Shown: positions 23,210 to 35,055, numbered from the stretch's first letter. The stretch is DNA of 64,000 nt from Planktothrix sp. GU0601_MAG3 (GCA_035193785.1 CP136572.1:416001-480000), one strand, 5' to 3'. Notes: generated from the letters alone by a model not told the origin. Made by a program: numbers and translations.

Positions 23210-24176
23210 TTAAACCACAGAAGCAACGGCATCGGCATCGGACTCTCCCGCATGATAGGAACTCCGAACTAATGGCCCAGAGCGGACGTGGGTAAAACCG
23301 ATTTTGGTGGCGATCGCTCCCAAATCCTGAAATTCTTCCGGTGTCCAATATTTTCGCACGGGCAGATGTTCCAGGGACGGGCGCATATATTGACCCAGGG
23401 TAATTCGGTCACATCCCACCTGGCGTAAATCTTCCAGGGTTTGAATAATTTCGGCTTCGGTTTCTCCATGTCCCAACATTAAGCCGGATTTGGTGGGAAT
23501 GCGGGGATCAAGTTGTTTCACAATTCTTAATACATCCAGCGATCGCCCATACTTAGCCCCCCGTCTCACGGGTGCTTGTAGCCTTTGGACTGTTTCGACA
23601 TTATGGTTATAACAGGCGGGTTGCGCTTGAACTACGGTGGCAATCCGTTGATATTGCAGTTCTTCGGGATTACCGCCCCCCTGCCCACCCCAAAAATCCG
23701 CCGTCAGGACTTCGATCTGGGTTTGGGGGTTAAGCTCTCGAATTCTGTCCATCGTCGCCACAAACCACCCCGCCCCCCCGTCGGCTAAATCATCCCGGGC
23801 CACGGAAGTTAAGACCACATAGCGTAACCCTAAAATTTGTACGGCTTCGGCCACTTTTTGAGGTTTCTTCGGGATCAAGGGGCATCGGTGCATGGCCCTT
23901 ATCCACCTGACAAAAGCCACAGGAGCGGGTACAAGTCGGCCCCATTAATAAAAAAGTGGCGGTTTTCTGGGCATAACATTCCCCTCGGTTGGGACAACGG
24001 CCTTCTTCACAAATAGTATGAATTTGACGCTGTTTGATAATCCGTTGTACAGAGGATAATTCACTGGCTTTACCGATGGGACGGCGTAACCAATCGGGTA
24101 TCGGTTGAATCACATTTTGATCCCGATCACGATAGGATGGTTCTGGGGCTGAATCAGCGACAGACGACATATTCAA
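23210..24176 (-). CDS. lipA: Lipoyl synthase (apparent frameshift at 23863)
   Basis: [12 protein letters not shown] and [21 protein letters not shown]. Confidence 0.96.
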
Positions 24177-24226
24177 GTTCCGTTGCTATTTGGGCTTCTT
24201 CTCAGATTAACTTTCGAGGGGTTTTG

Positions 24227-25659
24227 GGGGAGGGGTAAGTCCCAGCACGCTGAATTTCTCTAAGCCCAAAAAATACTAGAAATTAGCGTGGGATACTTCG
24301 ACCCTTCGACAAGCTCAGGGCATCGCAGGCTCAGTAACAACACGGACTCCCCCAAGTTAATTTTGCGTTTGTCAATCCCGACAAAATTAACAACAATATG
24401 TTAGATTATATCAAAGAGTTGAAAGCGACAATGTTTCAAACATACAAGTATCGCATATATCCAACAACGGAACAGCAAATAGCCTTAGCAAAAAGTTTTG
24501 GCTGTTGCCGTTGGTATTGGAATTATACTCTGAACTTGTGTCAAGAAACCTATAAAACAACAGGGAAGGGGCTATCAAGAGGAGCAATTCAAGGATTGTT
24601 ACCTCAACTGAAACGGGAGTATCCTTGGTTAAAAGATGCCTATTCCCAATGTTTGCAAGTTGTCGCCCTCAATTTATCCACAGCTTACAAAAACTTCTTT
24701 GACAAACGGGCAAGATTACCTCGATTCAAACCCAAACACGGTAGACAATCAATTAGTTATCCCCAAAATGTTAAATTTGAAGGGGATTACCTGAAATTAC
24801 CAGGTAAAATTGGGTTGGTTTATTTTGTGCGGCATCGTCCATTTGAAGGAATAATTAAAACCGTTACTGTTTCCAAGAATCCTGATGGAAAGTATTATGC
24901 TTCTGTGTTAGTTGATGACGGTAAGGAAATGCCTAACCCATCAACAAATGGAAAAGCAATTGGAATTGATTTGGGGTTAACTCACTTTGCGATTACCAGT
25001 GATGGGTCAAAATATAGTAATCCCAAACACTTTGCTAAACATGAGCGTAATCTCAAGCGGAAACAACAAAAACTTTCTCGAAAACAGAAAGGCAGTAAGA
25101 ATAGACAAAAAGCTAGATTGAAAGTAGCCAACGTTCACGCTAAAATCTCTCGTCGCCGGGAAGATTTTCTACACAAGCTATCCCGCAAGATAGTCAACGA
25201 AAACCAAGTGATTGCTGTAGAAGATCTGGAGGTTAATAATATGGTTAGAAACCATAAATTAGCCAAGGCAATTAGTGATTGTGGCTGGGGAATGTTCTGT
25301 ACAATGTTGAAGTATAAAGCCGAAAAAGAAGGGAAAACCTATCAAGAAGTCGATAGATTTTTCCCTTCTTCTAAAACTTGTAATATCTGTCTAAATCAAT
25401 TGGGGGCGAATGGCCATTCGCCCCTACCTCTTGATGTTAGAAGTTGGACTTGTGAATATTGCCAAACAAACCACGACCGAGATATAAATGCTGCGGTAAA
25501 TATCAAGAATGAAGCCTTGCGGATTCTGTCGTTGGGAACCAGCGATACTGCCACACTGAGGGAATGTAAGTCGTCTGTTGAAACTTTTGTTTCTTCAGGT
25601 GCTATTCCCGTTGAAGTTGGAAGCCCACACTTCTCTACGAGTAAGTGTGGGTAGTTCAC
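24227..25659 (+). mobile_element. IS200/IS605-family element 1, tnpB only (IS1341-like)
   Basis: Left-end hairpin CACGCT...AGCGTG; right end GAAG-hairpin...GTAGTTCAC; left boundary approximate. Confidence 0.8.
24431..25654 (+). CDS. tnpB: RNA-guided endonuclease TnpB
   Basis: RuvC GIDLG / VEDL / DRD intact; zinc finger CxxC...CxxC. Confidence 0.95.
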   Translation: MFQTYKYRIYPTTEQQIALAKSFGCCRWYWNYTLNLCQETYKTTGKGLSRGAIQGLLPQLKREYPWLKDAYSQCLQVVALNLSTAYKNFFDKRARLPRFKPKHGRQSISYPQNVKFEGDYLKLPGKIGLVYFVRHRPFEGIIKTVTVSKNPDGKYYASVLVDDGKEMPNPSTNGKAIGIDLGLTHFAITSDGSKYSNPKHFAKHERNLKRKQQKLSRKQKGSKNRQKARLKVANVHAKISRRREDFLHKLSRKIVNENQVIAVEDLEVNNMVRNHKLAKAISDCGWGMFCTMLKYKAEKEGKTYQEVDRFFPSSKTCNICLNQLGANGHSPLPLDVRSWTCEYCQTNHDRDINAAVNIKNEALRILSLGTSDTATLRECKSSVETFVSSGAIPVEVGSPHFSTSKCG

Positions 25660-25760
25660 TCTAGTTCTGTATTCTAAAGATGCAGGTATTTTTAATCATT
25701 GGGTGACTTTAACCCAATATAATAATAGTTAACGCATCATTATCATTATGGGAGTTCGTT

Positions 25761-26337
25761 GTGGCAGGTCGGAAAATACTGGTTATTGATGATAGTAAAG
25801 TCATTAGAGTGCGAGTCAGAGAAATGTTACCCCCTGGTAACTTTGAGGTATTAGAAGCCAAAGATGGCAAAGAAGGTCTCGAATTTGTGCAAAAAGAACA
25901 TCCCAATTTAATTATGCTGGATTTCCTCCTGCCTAAGTTAAGTGGCTGGGATGTGTTTCAGCGAATTCAAGCTGATGAAACATTGCGACGAATTCCCCTT
26001 GTCCTGATGTCGGGACGGAAGGAAGAAGTCACCGAAAAAATTTCTGAAACCCTTTCAATATTTTGAATTTATTGAAAAGCCCTTTGAGAAGAATCAACTG
26101 ATTTCTGCGATTAAATTAGCCTTCCAAAAAGCCAATCTTCCCCGGCCACCCTTATCTACCGCCGGAACTCCAGCACCTGCACCTACTTCTGCACCTGCTC
26201 CTCAAGTTTCTCCTGGTGGAGACGCGACGGATATTGCAGCAATTAAGGCTCAAATGGATACTATGCAGGCGGAATTAGATGCACTGAAAAAACAAGTTTT
26301 GCAACTGAAAAAATTTATTCAGGGGAAATTAAAATAG
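25761..26337 (+). CDS. Response regulator receiver protein with Pro-rich linker and coiled-coil tail (apparent frameshift at 26046)
   Basis: LVIDD, IMLD, EKPF. Confidence 0.88.
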
Positions 26338-26401
26338 GAGGGTTGACAGTTAACTATTGAGGGTTGACTGTTAACTATTGATGGCAAATTGCACGGAAAT
26401 T

Positions 26402-27427
26402 ATGATACTGGATGCTTCATTTTTGACACAATTAAACACCGCAATGGATTCATTATTAAAACGAATGAATCTATTTTCTCAAGCGCGGGTTTTGGTAGTA
26501 GGGGATTTAACTTTAGATGAATTTTTGACGGGTCAAGTAGAACGTTTATCTCGGGAAGCTCCGGTATTAATTCTCCGCCATGAACATACTCATCAAATTC
26601 CTGGGGGCGGTGCGAATGCGGTTTATAATTTGGCAAAATTAGGGGCATCGGTAAAGGTTGTTGGACTGGTGGGAAAGGATGATCAAGGAATTGCCCTTTG
26701 TCGAATTTTTGAACAGGCGGGAATTGATATTGGGGGGATTTTAATTGATCCCAACCGTCCCACGGTAACGAAAACTCGGATTTCAGGTCATGCGCGTCAA
26801 TCTGTTACCCAACAAATTGTTAGAGTTGATCGCAAATCCGACGAATTACCGGATATTGAATTACAGTTAAAATTAGCTGAATATATTAGTGAAAATATTG
26901 ATACTGTAGATGCGGTGGTTTGTTCAGATTATGGGGATGGAGTTTTAACTAAAATGGTTATTGAAGCGTCGTTAAAATCTCCTTTAACTATTGTTGATAC
27001 TCAAAAGGATTTACATAGATTTGCGGGTGCAACTTTGTTTACTCCTAACCTTCCTGAAGCGGAAAAAGCTGTGGGATATGGGATTAAAAATCAGCAAACC
27101 TTACAACAGGCGGGAGAAGATTTATTAAGATTAACTCAAGCCCATTCAATGTTAATTACCCGTGGGGAAGAAGGAATGAGTTTGTTTCAGGGGGAGCAAC
27201 AATTTCAAATTCCGCCTTTTAATCGCACGGATGTTTTTGATGTTACGGGTGCAGGGGATACGGTGGTGGCGGCTTTAACCTTGGGTTTATGTACGGGTTC
27301 ATCGTTGTGGGAAGCGGCGGTTTTAGGGAATTTAGCTGCTAGTTTAGTTGTGCGTCAATTTGGAACGGCGACAACAACAATTGAGCAGATGAAAGAGGCT
27401 TTGCGATCGCTTTTAAACCCAGAATAA
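26402..27427 (+). CDS. PfkB-family heptose-7-phosphate kinase-like protein (RfaE/HldE domain I)
   Basis: RLSREAPV, GGGANA, DVTGAGDT; start uncertain. Confidence 0.85.
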   Translation: MILDASFLTQLNTAMDSLLKRMNLFSQARVLVVGDLTLDEFLTGQVERLSREAPVLILRHEHTHQIPGGGANAVYNLAKLGASVKVVGLVGKDDQGIALCRIFEQAGIDIGGILIDPNRPTVTKTRISGHARQSVTQQIVRVDRKSDELPDIELQLKLAEYISENIDTVDAVVCSDYGDGVLTKMVIEASLKSPLTIVDTQKDLHRFAGATLFTPNLPEAEKAVGYGIKNQQTLQQAGEDLLRLTQAHSMLITRGEEGMSLFQGEQQFQIPPFNRTDVFDVTGAGDTVVAALTLGLCTGSSLWEAAVLGNLAASLVVRQFGTATTTIEQMKEALRSLLNPE

Positions 27428-27433
27428 TCAATA

Positions 27434-27510
27434 GGGATCACGGATTTAAGAGGATTTCACGGATTTCACGGATTTTAATCTGTGTTAATCTGCGTAATTC
27501 TCTTAAATCC
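27434..27510. repeat. Dispersed repeat with 9-nt periodicity (CACGGATTT/TTAATCTG); inverted tandem copies at 42272-42441
   Basis: Near-exact reverse complement of each of the two copies at 42272-42441. Confidence 0.8.
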
Positions 27511-27544
27511 CTGATGGGTAATGGGTAATGGGTAATAAACCGAT

Positions 27545-27712
27545 AACCTGTAAGGGCGGGTTTCTGTGAGATATTTGTTAATTACCTAAATCTTGATGAA
27601 CCCGCCCCTACAAATGATGAATTACGAATAGGTAATAAACTTATAACCTGTAAGGGCGGGTTCTATGAGATATTTGTTAATTACCTAAATCTTGATAAAC
27701 CCGCCCCTACAA
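27545..27712. repeat. Two direct copies (100-bp period) of a REP-doublet element TGTAAGGGCGGGTT...AACCCGCCCCTACA
   Basis: Direct comparison of the two copies. Confidence 0.85.
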
Positions 27713-27720
27713 CTGATTAC

Positions 27721-27748
27721 TTGACAAATATTGATTTTAAGATAAAAT
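27721..27748 (+). promoter_or_regulatory. Candidate sigma70 promoter of the CADD-like gene
   Basis: TTGACA-16 nt-TAAAAT. Confidence 0.45.
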
Positions 27749-27778
27749 TCTGGTGAGTCTATATTTATAGGAAAGCGA

Positions 27779-28477
27779 ATGTTAACCCAAGATCAACTTT
27801 TAACTGAAACAGTATTTCTGGCTAAACTCAACGAAATCATTGAAAGCAATCACCTACTCAAGCACCCCTTTTATCAGATGTGGACTGAGGGGAAACTGAC
27901 ATTAACTATGTTACAAGAGTACGCCCAAGAATATTATTTGCACGTTCATAATTTCCCTACCTATGTTAGTGCTACCCATGCGGCTTGTGATGATATCAAC
28001 ATTCGCAAAATGTTGTTAGAAAACCTGATTGAAGAAGAACGGGGTTCAGCCCATCACCCAGAATTATGGTTACAGTTTGCAGAGGGTTTAGGAGTAGAAC
28101 GTAGTGCTGTTCTTGACCGCCAACGGTTAAATAAAACCCAAGAATCAGTTCAAATTCTGAAAAAATTATCGCGTAGTGAAGAAGCAGAAAAAGGGTTAGC
28201 CGCACTATACGCTTATGAGTCCCAATTTCCTCAAGTTTCCACTACAAAAATTGCTGGATTAGAAGAATTTTATGGGATTAATGAAGAATCGGCTTTATCC
28301 TTTTTTAAAGTGCATGAAAAAGCCGATGAAATCCATAGTCAAATGACTCGCAAAGCCCTGTTACAAATGTGTCAAACTGCTGAACAACAACAAGCAGCAT
28401 TAGAAGCAGCACAACAAGCTGTTGATGCGTTTAATTTGCTCTTAGATGGCGTTTATGAAGAATATTGTCAGAACTAG
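27779..28477 (+). CDS. CADD-like heme-oxygenase-fold protein (TenA/PqqC superfamily)
   Basis: LLKHPFY, ENLIEEE...HPELW, YAYESQ, FFKVHEKADEIH. Confidence 0.85.
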   Translation: MLTQDQLLTETVFLAKLNEIIESNHLLKHPFYQMWTEGKLTLTMLQEYAQEYYLHVHNFPTYVSATHAACDDINIRKMLLENLIEEERGSAHHPELWLQFAEGLGVERSAVLDRQRLNKTQESVQILKKLSRSEEAEKGLAALYAYESQFPQVSTTKIAGLEEFYGINEESALSFFKVHEKADEIHSQMTRKALLQMCQTAEQQQAALEAAQQAVDAFNLLLDGVYEEYCQN

Positions 28478-28577
28478 AATTTTAGGATAAATTTAGTTTA
28501 ATTTTTCCTAAAAACCTTACCCCCCCTTGTTATTTACCCCTGTTCGCGGGGAACTTGGGGGGTTTGTTTTGGGGATA

Positions 28578-28989
28578 TTAAATCAGTTCAACAACTCCAT
28601 TTGTACCAATACTAATACTCTTATGACCTGCGCCACCGGAGGAAATATTGACGGTTAGTTCATTTTTTTCTGCATCAAAATTGCCTTTAAATCCCAGAGG
28701 AGTCCCATCTTGGGTATAAATTAAAATGTTGACAGCCCCCGTTTTAATCTGTGAAAATGGCAGAACGGTTGATTGTCCACTGGCTAAAATTTTAGACGAA
28801 TTTTGGCTTAAACCATACTGAATAGGTTTTCCCGCTTCATTAATGAGTCGAACTGTAACCTTTTGATCAGTTTTAACCCGAAATCCGGTATAAATCTGGG
28901 CTGAAACTGGGACTAGGGGAGAATATAACTGGAGTAGCAAACAAAAATGTTCCTACCAAAGCAACCGTCGTTAGAAGTTTGATTTTCAT
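28578..28989 (-). CDS. Secreted hypothetical protein (apparent frameshift at 28903)
   Basis: MKIKLLTTVALVGTFLF signal peptide joins ORF 28578..28940 after removing one base. Confidence 0.65.
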
Positions 28990-29140
28990 AGATTTTATGG
29001 AATTAAATCAGAATGAGTTTGGTAATTATTCTAATCTATATTTTTGAGATCACAAACTAATAATTTTTTCGGCTTGTCTCCGATGAAAATTTTAGATTTT
29101 CTCAACCTTTCAACGGGATTACACTATTTAACAAAACTTC

Positions 29141-30836
29141 CTAAATTCCATGACTTTTTCCAATTACCCAATGACGACGGAAAAAACGGGATAGGGCCGA
29201 TTCTTCTAGTTGCAAAACAATCGGACGACCATGGGGACAGGTGCGAGGATTGCGGGTTTTAATCCATTGATCTAATATAGTTTGCATCTGGGTTAAACTC
29301 AGGGGTGTGCCATTTTTGATCGCACTCCGACAGGCGGTGGCGACCTGGGCGGCTTGTAAATCTCCTCCTAAACTTAATTCTAATAATGCTTCTGAACAAT
29401 CACTGCGTTTGATTAATAATTCCGGTGCGTTTCTAACTACCCAAACCCCGTCTCCAAAGGGATCAACTTCTAATCCTAAACGCTGCATTTGTTCTAATTG
29501 TGCTATTGATAAAGATTGTAAAATAATCCCGGGTTCGAGGGGCATTAATCGCCATTGATCACAGATTTGTTCATATAAAATTCGTTCATGGGCAATATGT
29601 TGTTCAATTAACCATAATCCGCTAGAATGTTCGGCGATAATATAGGTATTGAGAACTTGGGCGATCGCTTTTATTTCTAATATTCCTAATTTAGTTTCAG
29701 ACTGATTTGCAGAGGTTTCAGCATCGGGCGGACTGGCAGAATTGATATTATAACTTCCCTTTTCTTCCGATACTTTCAATAACTTCTCAATTCGATTTTG
29801 GGGAGGGGAAATTCGCTCAAAATTCAACCTTAAAGCCTGTTCAATTCCTTGACTAATAAGCTCTTGCCATTGGTTCAAATTCTGGAGATAAACTTCACTT
29901 TTATCGGGGTTTCTATTCCAGTCTATTTGTTCGGGTAGCAGGTGTAAATGCACAAAACAAATGGGATAGCGATCGCGGGGACAGGTGCGTGCTAGGGCGG
30001 TTAATAGGGTTTGTTCTAATTCCGGCGATCGCACCATTCGGCCATTAATAGCAACCTTCACCCAATCGGGTCGGCGACGATGACAGCGATCGGGTAATCC
30101 TAATATTAATTCAATTTCCTTGAGATTAATATTATCATAATCTGGCGGAATTTTCAAATAAAATAAATCACTTAATTGAACATTTTTAATAATTTGAGGT
30201 AAAATCTGTTGAGCATTCACCCCCGGACTAATTTGAAACCAAGGATTATGACCTTGACGCAGTTGCCAAGTAACCTGGGGATGACATAAAGCAATTTGCT
30301 GAATTATTAACTGAATACCGCGCAATTGTTGAGCGGAAGTAGGTAAAGATTGACGTCGATTTTGCCAATTTTCAAATAAATTAGAAACCGTAATCACTGT
30401 TTCCCTGGGCGACGGCAATAGTTTCGGTTTTAACAACTTCTCCTTGATGATTATAATTAACACACCAACCGGAATTAGCAAGGGAAGGAGAACTAGGACG
30501 ACTAATAATTTCTAAATCGGATAATTGGGCTAAACTGTGTAAGGCTTCCCCCCGAAATCCTAAACTATTAATTTGAAATAAATCCGTAATTGTGTTAATT
30601 TTGCTGGTACTATGGGGGGCGGCGGCTTGGTTTAAATTAGTTAAATCCATTCCCCAGCCATTATCTACCACTTGCACCCGCCAAGACTCCGGCCAGACTG
30701 AAATTGTAATCCGGTTTGCTTGGGCATCTAAGGCATTTTCTACTAATTCCCTCACCACTGCTACTAAGGAGTCAATAACTTCACTAGCCGCAATTAAATT
30801 AACAACATCTTCGGGGAGAGGACGAATCGGATTCAA
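29141..30836 (-). CDS. mutL: DNA mismatch repair endonuclease MutL (apparent frameshift at 30399)
   Basis: ELVENALDA, LGFRGEAL, EQHIAHERILYE, CPHGRP. Confidence 0.96.
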
Positions 30837-30981
30837 GGGAATAAGGAATGGGTAATGGGTAATGGGTAATGGGTAATGGGTAATGGGTTTTGGGTTTTGG
30901 GTTTTGGGTAATAAACTAATAACTGATGACTGATAACTGATAACTGATGACTGATATAGGTAATAGGGTTAAAGTTTAATT

Positions 30982-32122
30982 TTAGTTTAATTTGACTTCT
31001 TCGGCAACTTCGGCGTGCATTTCTTTGAGTTGAGTTTGGGGGAGTTTAATATAAAAAGTAGTGCCTTCATAGGGAACAGATTTAAACCGAATTTGACCGC
31101 CATGGGCATCAATAATTGATTTAGCAATAGCAGTTCCTAACCCGGTACCACTGCGTTTTCCATGGGTAACAAAGGCATCAAATAAATGTTCACGAATCAT
31201 ATCGGGAATTCCAGGGCCATTATCAGCAACGGCAATTTCTGTCCAATCTCCCGTTAATTTAGCCGTAATTGAAATAGTTTCCACCGGGTTTTTCAAAGGC
31301 TTCTACCGCATTTCCCACTAAATTTTGAAAAACTCGAGTCAGTTTATTTTCATCGACATAAATTCGACAATTTTCATCGGCTTCCACAGAAAAATTAACC
31401 TGGGTGGATTGAAAATAAACCCGATTTATTTTTTCAAAATGTTTTAGCATTTTTGCCACGGAAACCGATTTTCTGTAGAGTAGGGCGCTGCCTTTTGTAA
31501 ATTCTAATACCTCCTCTGCCATGCCTAACATCCGTTGAATTTGCATAGAAATCAAATCACACCATTCTTGAGTTTCTTCATCGGGGTGCATTTCCTTGAG
31601 CATGGAACTTGATAACTGAATTCCGGTAAATGGACTTCTAAAATCATGCAAAATGGTATTCACCATTTCCCCGACTAATTCCATTTTTTCTTTATGGACT
31701 AATTGATGGACATATTGATTTGTGGTAACGCGCAAATGACTAATAATATAAGTGAATAAATTTAGAATCACTTTACCCTTAGCATTGCCTAAAATTTGCA
31801 TTAAATCCGGTTGAGAAATTTTAGCTAATTTCACCTGTCCGGCTGTTATGGCTCTGGCGCTGCGGGGCTGTCCATCTAAGACCCCAAATTCTCCAAAAAA
31901 GTCATTGGCTTGGGCGACAGCAATGGTTTGATATTGGTTAAATGGAGCTTCTTTTTTAAACTCCACCCGACCTTCCAACACTAGATATAAAAAATTAGGA
32001 GCTTCTCCTTCTTCAAAAATAATATATTGGTCGGCAAACTGTTCGACGATTGCCAGTTTACAGAGTTGTTGAGCTTCGGGGAGATCAAAATAGCTAAGAA
32101 ATCGGTGAGAGGATATATCCAT
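30982..32122 (-). CDS. cNMP-binding-domain histidine kinase (apparent frameshift at 31277)
   Basis: FFGE...RSA; H-box HDFRSP; DNGPG, GTGLG. Confidence 0.9.
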
Positions 32123-32278
32123 TTTTATAAACCGGGTTATGATCAAAGATTAGGGAGATCTACCTTTGTGATGTTAATATTATGGGGATAGAAAGAGTTG
32201 CGCACCTGAAAATAGAGTTATTCTAGGGTAGAAATGGCTTTTAGCAACTAGAATATTTGGACTTGATACTACTATAAA

Positions 32279-32788
32279 TTATACCGTAGATGTTCCCAAT
32301 ATTTGAGCCAAAGATGCTTGTAATATCGGGGGTAAACGACGCATAATTTTTCCAGTTTGTCCGTCGATAGGAACTAAGGTAACTTGGGCACTGAGATAAT
32401 GGGATTGGCCATCTAGGGATTCAATCCGGTATTCCCAAGGCAGTCGCACCCCCTTAGTTGGTAGGATTCGACTTTTCACCACCACCTGCATTCCCATTTG
32501 CACGGGTTTATGGTAGCGAATATTCAACTCGACAACGGGCAATTCGCAGCCCATTTCTACTAAGGTATGATACTCCAATCCCGCCAAACGTAACCGTTCT
32601 ACCCTGGCTTCTTCCATCCAGGATAGATAGGTTCCATGCCAAACAATACCACCATAATCGGTGTGATGGGGAGAAACCCGCACAACATAGTCAAACCAAG
32701 GGGTTGACGAGGGGACATCCGTTGAGGGTCGGGACTGGGGGAAGGGATTTGTTTCAAACACTTTACAAATATATTCAGAACGCAACAT
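32279..32788 (-). CDS. Acyl-CoA thioesterase (4HBT/YbgC family)
   Basis: HTDYGGIVWHGTYLSWMEEAR. Confidence 0.88.
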   Translation of the reverse strand: MLRSEYICKVFETNPFPQSRPSTDVPSSTPWFDYVVRVSPHHTDYGGIVWHGTYLSWMEEARVERLRLAGLEYHTLVEMGCELPVVELNIRYHKPVQMGMQVVVKSRILPTKGVRLPWEYRIESLDGQSHYLSAQVTLVPIDGQTGKIMRRLPPILQASLAQILGTSTV

Positions 32789-32903
32789 TTCTACAAATTA
32801 TCTGTCAACCAGGGGGATTATTCTGGGTATTAAGACTGTTTAATCCGTCTTGGAAACCATTTGACCACCGATAAATCACCTATTTTAATCACAAGGAAAA
32901 TCC

Positions 32904-33759
32904 ATGATAAAAAAAATTCTAGTTGCTGTTGCCGGTCGGGGATTATGCGAAGAAATGTTGAATATGATGTTGGATATTCCCTCTTTCCAGCAAGCATCGG
33001 TGACGCTTCTACACGTTGTTCCCCCTGAAATTAGCTCGGATATGATGTCGGAAAAGTTAACCGAAGCTGGAAAAATTCTAGCCCAAGCTGTTACCTCAAT
33101 TAAACTTGACCCCAAGCAAATTAATCCTCTACTCAAACAGGGTGATCCTAAAGATATCGTTTGTCAAGTGGCCAACGAGGAAGATGTGGATTTAATTATT
33201 ATGGGTTTCCCGGGGTTTAGGACGTCTACAAGCAATTCTGGAAAACTCCGTCAGTCAGTATGTGTTTCAATTAACCACTCGTCCCATGCTATTAGTCAAG
33301 GACGATACCTATGTTAAAAAACTGCGTAGAATCATGGTGGCGGTGGATAGTTCCCCCGCCTCTAAACAGTGTTTACAGTTAGCGATTTCCTTTGCCAAAG
33401 ATATCCCTGGAACTCAACTGATTTTAGTCCACATCAATAAGGATATATCTGGGAAATCTAGCGAAGATTTCACTAATAATGCCGAAAAAGATCCTATTTT
33501 AGCCCCGGCAATTGAAGAAGTAAAACGCATGGGCATCGGCTATCGTTGTGTTAGTGTAGTTGGTAAACCTGGCCCAGAATTGTGTCGAGTTGCTGAAGAA
33601 GTTAATGCTGATTTATTGATGTTAGGTTCCCCAGACCGTCGCCCCAACGTTGCCAAGAGTTTTATTGACTTAGACCGATTGTTGGGCAGTTCCCTCTCAG
33701 ATTATGTGCGGGTTTATGCTAACTGTCCGATTTTGTTAGCACGGACAACGGCTATATAA
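32904..33759 (+). CDS. Tandem universal stress protein (apparent frameshift at 33205)
   Basis: Two Usp domains; IMGSRG restored after correction. Confidence 0.9.
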
Positions 33760-33785
33760 TCTACTCTTAATTAATCAACAGAAGA

Positions 33786-33821
33786 AAAGCGCCACAGCCA
33801 GAGTCTGAAGGCGCTTTTTTT
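33786..33821. terminator. Bidirectional intrinsic terminator
   Basis: AAAAGCGCC...GGCGCTTTTTTT between convergent genes. Confidence 0.6.
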
Positions 33822-33858
33822 GAATGAAAATTCAATCAAAATTTAGGAAAAAATGGTA

Positions 33859-33972
33859 TTAACCTTCTTCACCATCCCGACTTTGGGTTTGAATATACAG
33901 AATCAACAGAAAAACCGCAGGAACTGCCACGAACAAAATGCTGGCAACAAATCCTAAATCATTAACTTGCAT
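33859..33972 (-). CDS. psbM: Photosystem II reaction center protein M (37 aa, below the ORF-track cutoff)
   Basis: [37 protein letters not shown]. Confidence 0.95.
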   Translation of the reverse strand: MQVNDLGFVASILFVAVPAVFLLILYIQTQSRDGEEG

Positions 33973-34087
33973 AATTGCCCTACCTTAAGTTAAATGGAAA
34001 ATTCAAATACCCCTAGAATATCATTAATTGACGTTTTTGAATACATTGATCTTATATTGGGGAACAGGGAACAGGGAACAGAGTCCG

Positions 34088-34175
34088 AGAAACCGGGTTT
34101 TTAGAGAATATGTGGGTCACAACAAAGTATTTTCGTAAAAAAACCCGGTTTCTTTGGTTGGGTGCGTAAGTCCTG
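34088..34175. repeat. AGAAACCGGGTTT...AAACCCGGTTTCT dispersed repeat ending TGCGTAAGTCCTG; relative at 41636-41703
   Basis: Inverted arms; second copy downstream of hisH. Confidence 0.7.
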
Positions 34176-34186
34176 TACTTAACAAC

Positions 34187-34774
34187 TTACCAAATTGAGG
34201 TTAAATCTAATATAAAACCGGGCAAAATATCCTCCCCGGAAACTTGGTTAGGATGTTCCAAGATTTCCACCCCTTGATGTAAACGATAAACTTCAATTTG
34301 TTGCTGTTTCCGATTGATTAACCAGCCTAATTTTGCCCCATTCTCTTGATATTCTTGCATTTTTTGACGGGCTTTTTCTAAACTATCACTCGGAGACATT
34401 AATTCCACCACAAAATCAGGACACAAAGGTACAAATTTATCCTGTTGTTCGGGTGTTAAAGATTCCCAACGTTCTCGACTTACCCAGGAGGCATCGGGAG
34501 CGCGGTCAGCACCATTCGGCAGGGTAAAACCCGTATTAGAATCAAAAACTTCACCTAAACGGGTTTTTGAATTCCATAAATCAAGTTGAGTGGTAATTTT
34601 AACATTACGTTTCCCCGTATTCCCTCCCGTTGGCGGCATAATAATTAACTCTCCTGAGTTCGTGCGTTCAAATTGAAAATCATGATTTTCTTGACACAAT
34701 TGCCAAAATTGTTCCGGGGTTAAATCAAGTTTTAATTTTAAAATTGGCGGTAAGGTCAGAATATTGGTTTCCAT
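34187..34774 (-). CDS. Uma2 family endonuclease
   Basis: FERT..GELIIMPP, PDASW, PDFVVELMSPSD, LGWLIN. Confidence 0.92.
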   Translation of the reverse strand: METNILTLPPILKLKLDLTPEQFWQLCQENHDFQFERTNSGELIIMPPTGGNTGKRNVKITTQLDLWNSKTRLGEVFDSNTGFTLPNGADRAPDASWVSRERWESLTPEQQDKFVPLCPDFVVELMSPSDSLEKARQKMQEYQENGAKLGWLINRKQQQIEVYRLHQGVEILEHPNQVSGEDILPGFILDLTSIW

Positions 34775-35055
34775 AATTATTTGTTCTAAATTTCCTATTT
34801 TTCCAAAAGCTATTGCCCATTGCCCATTCCCTATTCCCTGATTACATTATATAATAGGGCATATCAAAATAGACTGTCATAATGAACAAACTCATCTCTA
34901 GTCAAGGTTAATTTTTGTAACAAAACTGAGCAGAGATTTAGGTTTTTTCCCATTTTGGAAGCTCAAACATAAACTAAAATTAAATCTTCTGGAATATTCT
35001 GGAATTTTGATAAAAATATCTGTTATTACAGAAGAAACTATCATAACCGAATCCG

